Below, in pieces: positions 9,766-20,350 of a stretch of DNA of 56,438 nt (positions are counted from its first letter, which is position 1; each line of letters opens with the position of its first letter). A program made the position numbers and the translations under genes. Below the pieces are notes generated by a model. The model was not told the DNA's origin, made no database searches, and saw only the letters and a program-made list of their open reading frames with translations. Location of the stretch: IMG/VR virus record IMGVR_UViG_3300046170_000155, positions 1-56,438 of that record. One strand, written 5' to 3'. This stretch comes from a virus (lineage: Duplodnaviria > Caudoviricetes).

Positions 9766-10937
9766 AAGAAGAAATAGAAGATATTCAAAACGGAAATGGT
9801 AGATATTTCTTTTCTTATCAGTCCTATCAAATATTAAAAGACCCAATTTCTACTAACACTTTTACCTTTACAGCTTTAGTACCTGTAAAACAATTTGCAA
9901 TTGACAGACCTAATTTAAAGCAGTTAATACCTATACACCAAGATGTGAAAAAAACTCCAGTGTATAAAGATGAGCAAGAAAACTTTTTAAGAGCTTTAAA
10001 AGAACACGAAGGCGAAGCAAACATATTTCATCATAAAAACCACGGTATAACTATTTTTTGTGAAAATATTAAAATAGAAGAAAGCAGAAATTTGTTGGAA
10101 GTAACAATCAACGATTACTACAGAGAGGGAATTATTGACGGCTCTCACATTTATGAATGTATAAAAAATACTCCTGCTGTTGATTTACCCTAAAAAATGT
10201 TTTATAAAACTAGAAATAATTGTTGGTTTACATAATAGGCATGCTGAAGATATTATAAAAGCAAAAAATACAAAGATAAGAACAGTTAACAAAGCTTCTT
10301 TAAGTAAAACAGATATTGAGTGGATTGATAATTCTTTAAAAGATACTGGATACGAAGATACCTTAGACCATGCAACAGTATTGTCTTTAATAAACTTATT
10401 TAGAAATAACAAGTACGATTCAGAAATAGATGAACAACCTATAAACAGCTACTCTGACAAAAACATGGTTGTTGAGATTATAAAAAAAACAAAGATGAGT
10501 ATAAAATATTTTCAGAAATAATAAAAGACATACTTTACTTATACGATTATACAAATGTCGTAGGTCAAGAACTATGGTCAGAGAAAAAAGGAACCCTAGG
10601 AAGTTCTGGTATATCTCTACCCTATAAACAAAAACATTACGAATTTCCAATGATGAAAAAAAAGCTAGACTATAAATTTCACGATGCTGTTACATTTCCG
10701 TTACTTAACGGATTAAGAATGTACATAATATTTATAGAGGGTAAAGCACAGTGGTCTAAAGATTTTAATAAAATTCTTGAAACCTATAAAGCTTTGATAC
10801 CAGAATTAATAAAGATAATTAGAGACCACAACAAACAAATAGGATATAATGTACACCTATTGGGTAAAAGTAAATTACTTTACAGTATTATTTACAAAGA
10901 ACTTCTTATGGGAGACTTGTTAAATCAATTTCAATAA
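9759..10937 (+). CDS. AIPR-like (ParB-superfamily) protein, motifs diverged; frameshifts ~10190 and ~10480
   Basis: FHHKNHGITI, GIIDGSH, IKLEIIVG, P..SYS.K, DILYLYD, FPLL..LR, W..DF, LGKS in the order seen in AIPR proteins; ~390 aa when joined. Confidence 0.6.
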
Positions 10938-10957
10938 TCTTGTAGTAAAGTAGTTGT

Positions 10958-11293
10958 ATGCCTATAAGACACAGAAACTTACCGGAAACTTGCACAATTC
11001 AAACAGTATCCGAAACAGCAGTTGATGAAAGAGGTTTACCTAGTTCATCTTGGGCTGACACATACACAAGCGTAAAAGCAAAGTTTGAAAGCCAAGGAAT
11101 AGAAGAAGATAGAGATGGTAGAAATACCACTGTTGAAACATTTGGAATTTATATAGAACCTAATGTTACTGTTGTTCCGGGTGATAGACTGGTCAAAGGT
11201 AGCGAATACCATGAAATAATTAGCGTTCAGCAAGTAAAGGATAGATATGGAAAAGAATGTTATAAGTATCTTGAATCTCTTGTAAGAACCTAA
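10958..11293 (+). CDS. Head-closure protein (SPP1 gp16-like)
   Basis: 111 aa; TIQ...DERG...W, GDRLV...YHEIISV pattern; synteny. Confidence 0.8.
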   Translation: MPIRHRNLPETCTIQTVSETAVDERGLPSSSWADTYTSVKAKFESQGIEEDRDGRNTTVETFGIYIEPNVTVVPGDRLVKGSEYHEIISVQQVKDRYGKECYKYLESLVRT

Positions 11294-13334
11294 TGCCACA
11301 ATATTTAAAATTTTTCAAAGAGGGTGTAACCCTAAATAAACCAAAATCTAATGCTGGCCGTAAAGGTGGAGCAGTTGGTGGTTTTCGTAACAGACTTTAT
11401 AAATTTGGTAAAACAGCTGGTGATGTTAACGCTGTTGTACAATCACAATTTATAAAAAATGCAAGAAGAAGTGCATATACATACGCGCGTGGCGGAGGTT
11501 TTATAGCTGCTGCAACTTCCGGAGATTTTAGAAAAAAATACGGTTCCGCTCAATCTTTAGCACTTCGTGGAGCAAGAGTTGGTGTAGGTAGATTGTCTGG
11601 TATGGCTATAAATCAAGTTGTACCAAGAAGTGTGGGTCCTATCCTTGGTCGTCTAGCAAGAAGAGAGTTAGGTGGATATATCTCTAAGAGTCCAATGTAC
11701 CAAATGGCAAATAAAAAAATTGAATCAAAACTTACTGGTTTTTTTAATTCTGATGCACAACCTCATTATCATCATGTAGTTACAAACATGAATATACAAG
11801 AAGTTTTAGATTTACAAATAGAAAGAACAGCACAGCTTATAAGAGCAAGCGCTCCAGATATTTCTTCTGGTCAATACATGTTAGGGGTTGGTGCTAGTGA
11901 ATTAGGTATAAATATAAAAGATACAAGATTAAGACAAGACCAATATGATGAAGAAGCCGGAATGAGTTTTGATGAAAATTATAAACTTAAAACTCTTAAA
12001 GGTTACTCAAATACTGGAACTAAGAAAAACCCAGTAATTTCTAAAGAATATGTTGAAATGGATATATTTGGATTCACAGAACCCGGTAGAGCTAGAGAAC
12101 TATTACTTAAATCTGTACATACAAATCGTGCAAAAGTACCTAAAGCTAAAAAAGGCAAAATGGGACAACAAATATTTACAGGTGATGTAAGGGTTGGAAC
12201 AAGTAGAAAAAATGGTGTAACAGCAGATTTATTTCCTTGGATATGGCTTGTAGAATACGGTGGACCAATTACACAACGAAGTTTCTAGCTGGAGTAGAAA
12301 AGAAAACAAACCAGTAGTAAAAGATGTCAAAAAATATATACCACCAACATTGTTTGTGACCTAGAAGCGTTCAAGCAGTTAACAATATGAAGTTTGATGG
12401 TGCCAAAGTAAAAGTGCAAATGAAAGCTCCTAGAGTTGGAGGAGTAAAAAATCCAGTAGAACTTATGAATAACATACTTAGTGAAAAAGGCAGATATGAC
12501 CAAATGATTAAGAAAAAAGGTTTAGCTATTGAAAAAGACGGAAGAATAAGTTACAAACCTAAAAGTTTGTTGGCAGCTATGAATAGAAAAGGAACAGGCA
12601 GACATTTTAGCCAAGGTATAAAAAAAGAAAATGTAGCTGGAAGAAATAGAAGATTTTACAAATATAATAAAAAACATGATATAGCTGGTGTAAAAGTACA
12701 TAATACTCATGGAGTTGCTTATTCTCAAGAACTACAGGATGCTATTGGTGTTAAGTTTGCACCCGATTCAATCACAGCAACTGTTAACTTTAAAAATGTT
12801 GGAAAAATTAAAGGTGGAGTATCAGCTAGAGAAAAGTTTCTTACAAACATACTTACTGATAAAAATCCTAGTAAAACACGCGGTGGTGCTTCAAGAGCAG
12901 GTCTTCTTAACAATGTTGAGATGTTTGGGGAACAAAATAGTAAAAGAGCTTTTAATCAAACACAAGCTTCTGATTATGTTGATTTTGACACTTTCGATGT
13001 ATCTGGAAACACAGGATTTGGAAAAATTAGTGGTCAAAGACTTTCAAACTATATAAGTAAAAACTACAATGTTAGTGTTCGTAGAGGTAGCAAAGGAAGC
13101 GGCTCTGGAGCATATGAAGTTACATTTACAAGAAAGAATAAAGGAACTAAAAAAGGTGGTAGTAAGAGAAGTGGAAGTCCTACTGATAAAAGATATCAAT
13201 CTGGAGCAAAACGACCTTTACAGAAACAAAATAAATCTGCTCAAGCAGCTGCTAGAGCACTTGTTGAAAATGCTAACTATGAAGAAATAATATCAGCAGC
13301 ATCTTTTTTCTATAACTCTCCAGATGAAGGTTAA
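11293..13334 (+). CDS. Very basic protein with embedded HK97 gp10-like motifs; frameshifts 12285-12365
   Basis: TAQLIRASAP...G, WIWLVEYGG...YIPPTLFVTRSV; lies between head-closure and tail terminator; K/R/G-rich. Confidence 0.6.
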
Positions 13335-13352
13335 GTGGTAGGATAAATAATT

Positions 13353-13850
13353 ATGGGTATAAAAGCAGTAGGCGCACAGTTTGACCAAAATCAGAATTTT
13401 CCACCAGATGCAGAAATTATATTTCGTGAATGGTGTATCAATACAACAGCTATAACAAATTTATGTAGTTCAAGAGTAGCTACTAGATTACCTCGTAGTG
13501 CAGAATTACCTTTTTTAACAATATTTAATGCAGGAGGAACACTTATGTCTCCTACATCTGAAGCAGCTGTAACTGGAGCTGCTATAACAGTAGATGCTTA
13601 TGCAGGACGCTGGGGTGGTGGAGGAACTACTTCTCAACCAGATTATGCAAACGCTTATGCTTTAGCAAATGCTGTAGCTGAATCTGCTTTTAAAATGAAA
13701 AGTACAAGAGTTGTTACTCCTACAACTAACACAGCAGCAGTTATTTACAGCATGGAGGTACAAGGATTACCTTCTCGCATAGAGGAGACTGACACCGGAT
13801 TAGGACATTATCAGCTATCATTAATAATGTATTACCGAGGACTAGATTGA
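13353..13850 (+). CDS. Tail terminator/completion protein (DUF3168-like)
   Basis: PDAE, RVATRLP...LPFLTI, ITVDAYA, A..LANAV; upstream of major tail gene. Confidence 0.75.
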   Translation: MGIKAVGAQFDQNQNFPPDAEIIFREWCINTTAITNLCSSRVATRLPRSAELPFLTIFNAGGTLMSPTSEAAVTGAAITVDAYAGRWGGGGTTSQPDYANAYALANAVAESAFKMKSTRVVTPTTNTAAVIYSMEVQGLPSRIEETDTGLGHYQLSLIMYYRGLD

Positions 13851-13851
13851 T

Positions 13852-14124
13852 ATGAAGAAGATAAAAGTAAAAATTAATCCTTTGTTGCTAGAGAAGACAA
13901 CTGTTCGAGATACTGTAACAGGAATAGTCTTTAGTCACAAGGGATGGGCAGAGATAGACATGGCCGTCTGGGAGCGCCTTAAAGATGCTACTTATAAACA
14001 GGGAACACAAAAAATCTCTGTTTTAATAGCTGATGAGGAAAAACTAGACGACTCTACAGCAGAGGACGACAAGGAATCTGTTGAAGAGGTAGTGGAAGAC
14101 TTCTTTATTGCTGAAGAAGAATAA
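13852..14124 (+). CDS. Hypothetical protein
   Basis: 90-aa ORF with GAGG RBS, acidic C-terminus. Confidence 0.7.
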   Translation: MKKIKVKINPLLLEKTTVRDTVTGIVFSHKGWAEIDMAVWERLKDATYKQGTQKISVLIADEEKLDDSTAEDDKESVEEVVEDFFIAEEE

Positions 14125-14206
14125 CCGGCAAAGCTGAAATCGACTTGAAAAAGTCGGCTGAGCTCAGCTGATAAGTATAAGTATAAGATATGTTAGGAGA
14201 TAACAA

Positions 14207-14887
14207 ATGAGCTTCAATACAAGCGGTACTATATCCGAAGTATTAATAGGTACAGGTGTTCTCTATTACGCAGATAGGACTACAAGTTCTTTAGTATTCC
14301 CAGCCGATAACAGCGGCGCATGGGAAAACCCTACAACACTATCAGTTCCATTTTCAGAAGTTGGTTATTCTGAAGATGGCTGGACTTTAGAAGTTGATAA
14401 AACTTTTGAAGATGTTATGGTTGCCGAAGAAGTAGACCCTATTAAGACTCTTAAGTCAGCACAAGAAGTAAGACTAACTGGTGAACTATCACAAGCTGGT
14501 ATTGACAAACTTCAAATCGCAATGGGTGGCGGTGTTAAAGCAGAAGATACAATTACTGCTACAACAACACAAACCACTGGTAGCGATTTTGATACAGGAT
14601 ATGATTCATATATCCCACCTTTGTCAGATACTTTCACAGAATATGCGATGGTATTACACACAGATGGTCCAGCTGGTGCAGACAGACAGTTCCACATTCC
14701 TAGAGCAGTGAATGTTGGTTCTTTCGCAATGAGTCACCAAAAGGCTCCAGCAAAAGTTAGTTTGGCAACAGAATTTAAACTTCTTGTTCCAGATTCAACT
14801 TTAAATGTTGGTTCTACAAGTGGTGCATACTACTTGTTCAGAGTCATAGATAACACTAACGATACTGACGAGTTAGATATTAACTAA
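14207..14887 (+). CDS. Major tail (tube) protein
   Basis: VLIG.G.LY.A, VGYSEDGWTL, V.EEVDPI; strong RBS AGGAG; precedes tail chaperones. Confidence 0.85.
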   Translation: MSFNTSGTISEVLIGTGVLYYADRTTSSLVFPADNSGAWENPTTLSVPFSEVGYSEDGWTLEVDKTFEDVMVAEEVDPIKTLKSAQEVRLTGELSQAGIDKLQIAMGGGVKAEDTITATTTQTTGSDFDTGYDSYIPPLSDTFTEYAMVLHTDGPAGADRQFHIPRAVNVGSFAMSHQKAPAKVSLATEFKLLVPDSTLNVGSTSGAYYLFRVIDNTNDTDELDIN

Positions 14888-14909
14888 AAAATTAGATAGG
14901 AGAATATAA

Positions 14910-15263
14910 GTGGAAAAGTTTAAAGACTTTGATGAGGCTTTAGAAGCCGATAATTTATTAAAATTGCAGATGAAGGTAGCAGGAAAAACATACGATTTAC
15001 CAGCTACCTTACCTGCAAAAGCAGTCCTTTCGCAAATGAAGATGGCCGAAGACGGAAACAACCAAGACCTATCAGCAATTGCGGACTGGGTGGAATCAAT
15101 AGTGGGTAAAGATAATTTCAACTCAATGCTAGATGATGGTGTGGGCTGGGAGAAGCTTAATGACATACTTGTATGGTTATTAGAAGCTTACGGACTAGCA
15201 TCACCAGAAGAAGTTGAGGAAGCACAAGAAGCCGCTGCCGAAGAGGGTGATAGCCCAAAATAA
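14910..15263 (+). CDS. Tail assembly chaperone (gpG)
   Basis: RBS AGGAG, GTG start; KDFD...GKTYDLPA.LPA; ends at slippery site. Confidence 0.85.
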   Translation: MEKFKDFDEALEADNLLKLQMKVAGKTYDLPATLPAKAVLSQMKMAEDGNNQDLSAIADWVESIVGKDNFNSMLDDGVGWEKLNDILVWLLEAYGLASPEEVEEAQEAAAEEGDSPK

Positions 15264-15607
15264 CTTGGTCTCCAGGTGACATTTTAAGTTACTGGGGACA
15301 AGTAGAAGCAGACTTTCTTAGGTATTACGGCATTGATAAACCTCAAGATGTTGAATATCGTAAATTTCTTAGACTATTAAGAAACTTACCCGCAGATGGT
15401 TCAGTTTTTTACGGCCGACTTCGTGAAGACCAAATTACTATTGACGAAGAAACTGGAAAAGTATTCCGTAAAGAAGAGTATAACAAAGAAAGTAAACAAG
15501 CTAGAAGAATGCTTCAAAGACAACACAATCGACATAACAAACCTCGAGAGAGAGTTTCTATAGACCAGTTTCTTGGTGGTAAATCTGGAATTACAGGCAA
15601 AGGTTAA
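15254..15607 (+). CDS. Tail assembly chaperone -1 frameshift extension (gpGT)
   Basis: Slippery C CCA AAA at 15254-15260 just before TAA; -1 frame open for 117 codons (WGQVEADFLRYYGID...RLLRNLP) ending just before the tape measure gene. Confidence 0.85.
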   Translation, partial: PKITWSPGDILSYWGQVEADFLRYYGIDKPQDVEYRKFLRLLRNLPADGSVFYGRLREDQITIDEETGKVFRKEEYNKESKQARRMLQRQHNRHNKPRERVSIDQFLGGKSGITGKG

Positions 15608-15616
15608 TAGATAGCA

Positions 15617-18600
15617 ATGAATCAAGATTTAAGAGTAACTTACGAATTAGTACAAACTAAAGTACAAAACAAAGCAGCTAAACAGACTGAAAAGTCTATG
15701 AAGAAGTTAACAACTCAAGCTGCACATACAAACGCTATGGTTTCTGGTGCTGCTGGTGCAATGGCTGGTGCTCTTGCCGCAGTAGGTGGAGCAATGTTCT
15801 TAACAGTAGGTGCTGCTTCTAAATTTGAAGATTCATTTGCTGGTATTAGAAAAACTGTAGATGCAACCGAAGCACAATTTAGTACACTAGCACTTCAAGT
15901 AAGACAACTAGCGCAAGATATACCAGTTGCTGTAACTCAGTTAAATCAAATTGGTGAACTTGGTGGTCAGTTAGGTGTAGGAGTTGAGAACCTAGAAGAA
16001 TTTATTGAAGTTATTGCACAGGTAGGTGTTGCAACAAGACTGTCAACAGAATCAGCAGCACTATCATTAGCACGACTTGACCAGATATTTGGATTACAAG
16101 GTAAAAGTTTCGATAGATTAGCTTCTTCATTAGTTGACTTAGGTAACAACTTCGCAGCTCTGGAAGATGAGATACTTTCTACTGCATTGAGGCTCGCAGC
16201 AGCAGGTAAAGTTGCTGGTGCTACAGCAGCAGATGTTTTAGGTATTGCAACAGCACTTCAAGCAGTCGGTGTTCAGTCACAAGCTGGTGGTACAGCTATG
16301 GCTCGTGTATTCCAACAAATTCAAATTGCAGTTGCTACAGGTGGTAGACAGTTAGAAGTATTTGCTGAGACTACAGGCTTAACAACAAAAGAATTTCAAG
16401 ACTTAGCTAAAGTAGACCCAGCTTCAGCTCTTAACTTATTCGTTACATCATTAGCTTCTGCTTCTAAAGCAGGTACAAATGTTATTGAAGTTCTTGACCA
16501 ATTAGGTCTTAAACAACAGAGAACAATCAGAGCGTTACTTGCTGTGGGTGAAGCAGAAGGACTATTAACAGATACTCTTGCAACTGCTAATAGTGCTTTT
16601 GAAGCAAACATAGCATTAACTACTGAAGCAGAAAAACGATTCGAGACATTTAAATCAGAAACAAAACTTTTGATGAATGAGCTTACGGAATTAAGAATAC
16701 AAATAGGTAATGAATTACTACCTACTGCAAAAGCTCTTGTTACCACATTGTCTGCTCTAATTGGAGGTTTCCAAAATACAAGTGAAACATCTGAAGGTGT
16801 AGGAACAAGTGTAAAAGTCTTGTTTGGAATTATTGTTTCTATGACAGCAGCAACTGCTGCACTTGGAGCGGCAACTAAAACTTACAACGCTATTGCATTA
16901 GCTAACGGTATTACTGTTGAGGACTTAGGTAAAAGAATAAAAAGAAATGCTAAAAATATGAGTAGGTCTACTAAAACAGCAAAAGCTTTACAAAAAACAA
17001 TGGTTGGCTTAAGATTTTCAATGATTGGATTAGGAGTCGCTCTTGCTGCAATAACTGTTGCATATACTATATTTACCAGAAGACAAGAAGCTGCTAGAAG
17101 AGCTTCAGAAAGTTTTTTAGCAAATAGAGCAGCTGTTGCAAGCATAACAGAAAAAGTAGCAGATAAAGAAAAGGAACTACAAGACTTAATAAATTCAGAA
17201 GATATGTCGGAAGCAAGATTAGATTTACTGAGAGCAGAACTCGATAAACTTAGGGAAATAGAAGAGCAGATAAAGAAAAAATCTATGATAGATTTCTTTA
17301 AACAAGCAGGGATAGATGGAGAATCTGCTGAAGAAGCACAAAAATCATTAGAAGATGTTGGCGGTGCTATTACTGATTTTTATAATTCTGGTTTAGGAGA
17401 GGACATCAAAGTTAGTGTCGCTGGTGCTGGATTGGAAGCTTTTCAGTTTAACACAGCAAACGAAGCTGCATCAGAGTTAAATGATGGTTTAAAAGGTGTA
17501 GGTTTATCTTTAGAAGAATTATCAACCTTAACACCAGACCAGTTATTAGATACTTTAGGATTACTAGAGGCTAAGGGTGTAGATGCGTTCAAACTTTATT
17601 CAAAAACAATAGAGCCAATTGTTAGAACTAATAGACATTTAAATGCTGGTGCATTGGAACTCAATGAAACTCAAGATGCACAATTTGAAACTTTAAGAAG
17701 AAACGCAGCAGGATTAGAAATTATTCAAAAAGCTCTTGTAGAAACAGATGTAAGTGAAAAAGCATTAAAAGATACTATACAAGAAAATGTAGACGCTTAT
17801 AACGAATTAGATACTAGACAAGACGAAGTAGCCATATCTTTGACAGATGTTCTTGACGGAACTTTAAGTTATGTTGATTTATTAAAAGCATTAGATGGAG
17901 AGCAAGAAAATTCAGTAGACTCTGCTCAACAATTAGCAGAAGCTACATTTGCCCTATCAGACCAAGTAACTGATAATATAAATAAATTCAGAGATTTAAA
18001 CTCAGTGCTTCAAGACTTCGGAAGAATAGCACCAATGAATTTAAACCAAATGTTAACTGGAATGGAAAAAGCTGATGAAAGAGCAGATTTCCTAAGAACA
18101 ACAGTTATAAGTCTTGCTAAATCTGGATTTGTTCCTTTATCTAAAGCTTTAACTGATTTACCTTTACAGGAAAGTATTGGATTAGCTTTAACCTTAACAG
18201 AAGAATTGTCAAAGTTAAAAGAATTAGAAAAATTAAATATTGGAAATGAAGAAGATACCCCAGAATTAATAGCACAAAGAGACATTATTGCTGACATTCA
18301 AAATATGTTAACCAGAGATAATCCAGAGTTAAGAAGCTTAACTTTTAATGACGAACAGTTGAAAACTTTTATAAATGAACAAGAAAGATTAATTACAAAT
18401 ACAGAATATATTGACCAAGTTAATAATAATCTTACAGTCCAAGCTGAAGGTCAATTAGAGTTAGAAAGACAACAAGCAGAAGCAGCTTTACAAATATTTA
18501 ACATTGCAAGACAAGAAGAAGAAACTAAAGAAAGAATAGCAGACCTTCAAGAAGAAATGGTTGAAATGACTGCTGATATTGTAGCTAATGGTTTTGTTAT

Positions 18601-19744
18601 TACTCAGCAGCAAATTAGACAATTAGAAGTTACAGAAGCACAAGAAGGATTTTCAGAAGCAATAGCTGAATTTGGTAAAGAAGGTGTTGTAACCAATAAT
18701 GAGCAATTAGCAATTTTACAAGCTCAATTAAATCTACAGAGAATGAGAGATAAAATTGAAGGTACAATGTCTAATCGTGACAAAATAAGAATTAGAGATA
18801 AAAAGAAAGAAATTAAATTTTTAGAAATGGCTGTTGAGCAAGGAGTAGCTGAACAGTTAGATTTAGATGCAGCTAAAGATGAATTATCAGATTTAGAAAA
18901 TCCTATATCAGATGCTGAACTTGCTATTTTAAATCTTCAAGAAAAAATTGCAGACGCACAACTTAAAGTACTTGAGAGTCAAAAGAAAAGACTTGACCCG
19001 TCAGTTGTGGAAGCAATAAAAGCCGTAGCAGCAGCCCAGTCTTTAGAAGCAGATGCTGTAGAAAAATATGCTGATAAAGAGCATGACTTAGCTGAAGCAA
19101 TGATAGAAGCAAGACTGCAAACTGAAAAAAATGCACTAATCATAGATGAGCTTACAAGAAAATATCCGGGACTACAAGGAATCATTACTGAATTAGCAAA
19201 AGATATAGGCATTCCAGAATCAATACTTCAATCAACATTAGATGCAATGACTACAGTTGAGGCTAGCTACAAAAAGAAAGTTGAGGATATGGTTCTAGCT
19301 GGTAGAACAGCTTTGTTTGACATAAAAGAAATAACTGATTTCATAGATGCAGAAATGCAAAAACAAGCAGGCTATTTCAATAATCTTGATATAAACTACA
19401 CACCTCGTGACACTAGCGATGTAAATAAAAGACAATACACCTTACATCAATTTGGTGAACGAACAATGAACAATTACACAGGTGGTAATGTTCCTATTGG
19501 TAGAACATCAATAGTTGGTGAAAGAGGACCAGAAGTTATTATGTCAACACCGGGTGGTACATCAGTATTTTCTAATAAGACAGGTGGAGGAGTAGGCGGA
19601 ATTAATGTTGCTCACATGGATGTCAATATTACAGGTTTACCAGCAGACCCACTTTCTGCAAGAAAAGCTGCTATAAATATAAGAAAAGAACTTATGAAGC
19701 TAGAAAAGGAAGGAACCTCCGGTACAGGTTTAAGGAATAGATAA
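15617..19744 (+). CDS. Tape measure protein (TP901-like core)
   Basis: 1375 aa, helical and Ala-rich; FEDSFAGIRKTVD, LGNNFAA.E.EI, AGGTAM; C-terminal GG.V...VGERGPE. Confidence 0.95.
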   Translation: MNQDLRVTYELVQTKVQNKAAKQTEKSMKKLTTQAAHTNAMVSGAAGAMAGALAAVGGAMFLTVGAASKFEDSFAGIRKTVDATEAQFSTLALQVRQLAQDIPVAVTQLNQIGELGGQLGVGVENLEEFIEVIAQVGVATRLSTESAALSLARLDQIFGLQGKSFDRLASSLVDLGNNFAALEDEILSTALRLAAAGKVAGATAADVLGIATALQAVGVQSQAGGTAMARVFQQIQIAVATGGRQLEVFAETTGLTTKEFQDLAKVDPASALNLFVTSLASASKAGTNVIEVLDQLGLKQQRTIRALLAVGEAEGLLTDTLATANSAFEANIALTTEAEKRFETFKSETKLLMNELTELRIQIGNELLPTAKALVTTLSALIGGFQNTSETSEGVGTSVKVLFGIIVSMTAATAALGAATKTYNAIALANGITVEDLGKRIKRNAKNMSRSTKTAKALQKTMVGLRFSMIGLGVALAAITVAYTIFTRRQEAARRASESFLANRAAVASITEKVADKEKELQDLINSEDMSEARLDLLRAELDKLREIEEQIKKKSMIDFFKQAGIDGESAEEAQKSLEDVGGAITDFYNSGLGEDIKVSVAGAGLEAFQFNTANEAASELNDGLKGVGLSLEELSTLTPDQLLDTLGLLEAKGVDAFKLYSKTIEPIVRTNRHLNAGALELNETQDAQFETLRRNAAGLEIIQKALVETDVSEKALKDTIQENVDAYNELDTRQDEVAISLTDVLDGTLSYVDLLKALDGEQENSVDSAQQLAEATFALSDQVTDNINKFRDLNSVLQDFGRIAPMNLNQMLTGMEKADERADFLRTTVISLAKSGFVPLSKALTDLPLQESIGLALTLTEELSKLKELEKLNIGNEEDTPELIAQRDIIADIQNMLTRDNPELRSLTFNDEQLKTFINEQERLITNTEYIDQVNNNLTVQAEGQLELERQQAEAALQIFNIARQEEETKERIADLQEEMVEMTADIVANGFVITQQQIRQLEVTEAQEGFSEAIAEFGKEGVVTNNEQLAILQAQLNLQRMRDKIEGTMSNRDKIRIRDKKKEIKFLEMAVEQGVAEQLDLDAAKDELSDLENPISDAELAILNLQEKIADAQLKVLESQKKRLDPSVVEAIKAVAAAQSLEADAVEKYADKEHDLAEAMIEARLQTEKNALIIDELTRKYPGLQGIITELAKDIGIPESILQSTLDAMTTVEASYKKKVEDMVLAGRTALFDIKEITDFIDAEMQKQAGYFNNLDINYTPRDTSDVNKRQYTLHQFGERTMNNYTGGNVPIGRTSIVGERGPEVIMSTPGGTSVFSNKTGGGVGGINVAHMDVNITGLPADPLSARKAAINIRKELMKLEKEGTSGTGLRNR

Positions 19745-20226
19745 TGATAAAGAAGATAAAAGATAATATAGGTTTAGTTGCAACAGCTATTGCCCTTATG
19801 GGTTCAATTGGTGCAGGAGTGCAATCAGTCGGACAAATAGTTAATACACTTCAAGGTATTGATGAAAGAATGGTTGGAATAGAAATAGAGTTTGAACAAC
19901 TCAAACAAGACACAATGGTTTCAAATGATATTGCAGTTCTTTATGAAAAAATAGAAGACTTAGAAATAGCTGCACAGAATGTTGGCAAGTTTAATGAAGA
20001 GATAGCTACCTTACAAGCTAACTTATATAACTTAGAGCAACAGGTTAGAGATGGTGGGTTTGATTTAGATAGATATTACTTACTAGAAAAGTGGGAGTAT
20101 CAAGACCTTAATGACTCAATAACTAGAGCCGAAACACAAGTTCAAGTCGTTACTAATAGTTTGTGGGAACTTAACGATTTAAAAACTAGATTAGCTTACT
20201 TAGAAGCAGCAGGTCATGGACACTAA
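19744..20226 (+). CDS. Hypothetical protein, N-terminal membrane segment plus coiled coil
   Basis: KKIK then hydrophobic IGLVATAIALMGSIGAGV, then heptad repeats. Confidence 0.7.
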   Translation: MIKKIKDNIGLVATAIALMGSIGAGVQSVGQIVNTLQGIDERMVGIEIEFEQLKQDTMVSNDIAVLYEKIEDLEIAAQNVGKFNEEIATLQANLYNLEQQVRDGGFDLDRYYLLEKWEYQDLNDSITRAETQVQVVTNSLWELNDLKTRLAYLEAAGHGH

Positions 20227-20227
20227 A

Positions 20228-20350
20228 ATGATAGACAACAAAGAAAAACATTACTTGAAAGCTTGTAAATCAGATTTTAAATGTGGTAATTATTTTTATG
20301 GACCTAAATATCAGTACTGTGAAAAATGTAGAGCAAAGGATATGTGCTAA
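20228..20350 (+). CDS. 40-aa Cys-rich peptide
   Basis: MIDNKEKHYLKACKSDFKCGNYFYGPKYQYCEKCRAKDMC; fills the gap exactly and its stop overlaps the next ATG. Confidence 0.6.
   Translation: MIDNKEKHYLKACKSDFKCGNYFYGPKYQYCEKCRAKDMC

Noticed and set aside
4030-12370. Many broken ORFs suggesting pseudogenes, stop-codon recoding or programmed frameshifts
   Set aside because: Breaks are frame changes from single-base gains or losses, often a doubled base, even in essential capsid and protease genes. They are not in-frame TAG/TGA, and all three stop codons end normal genes. Best explained as long-read error.
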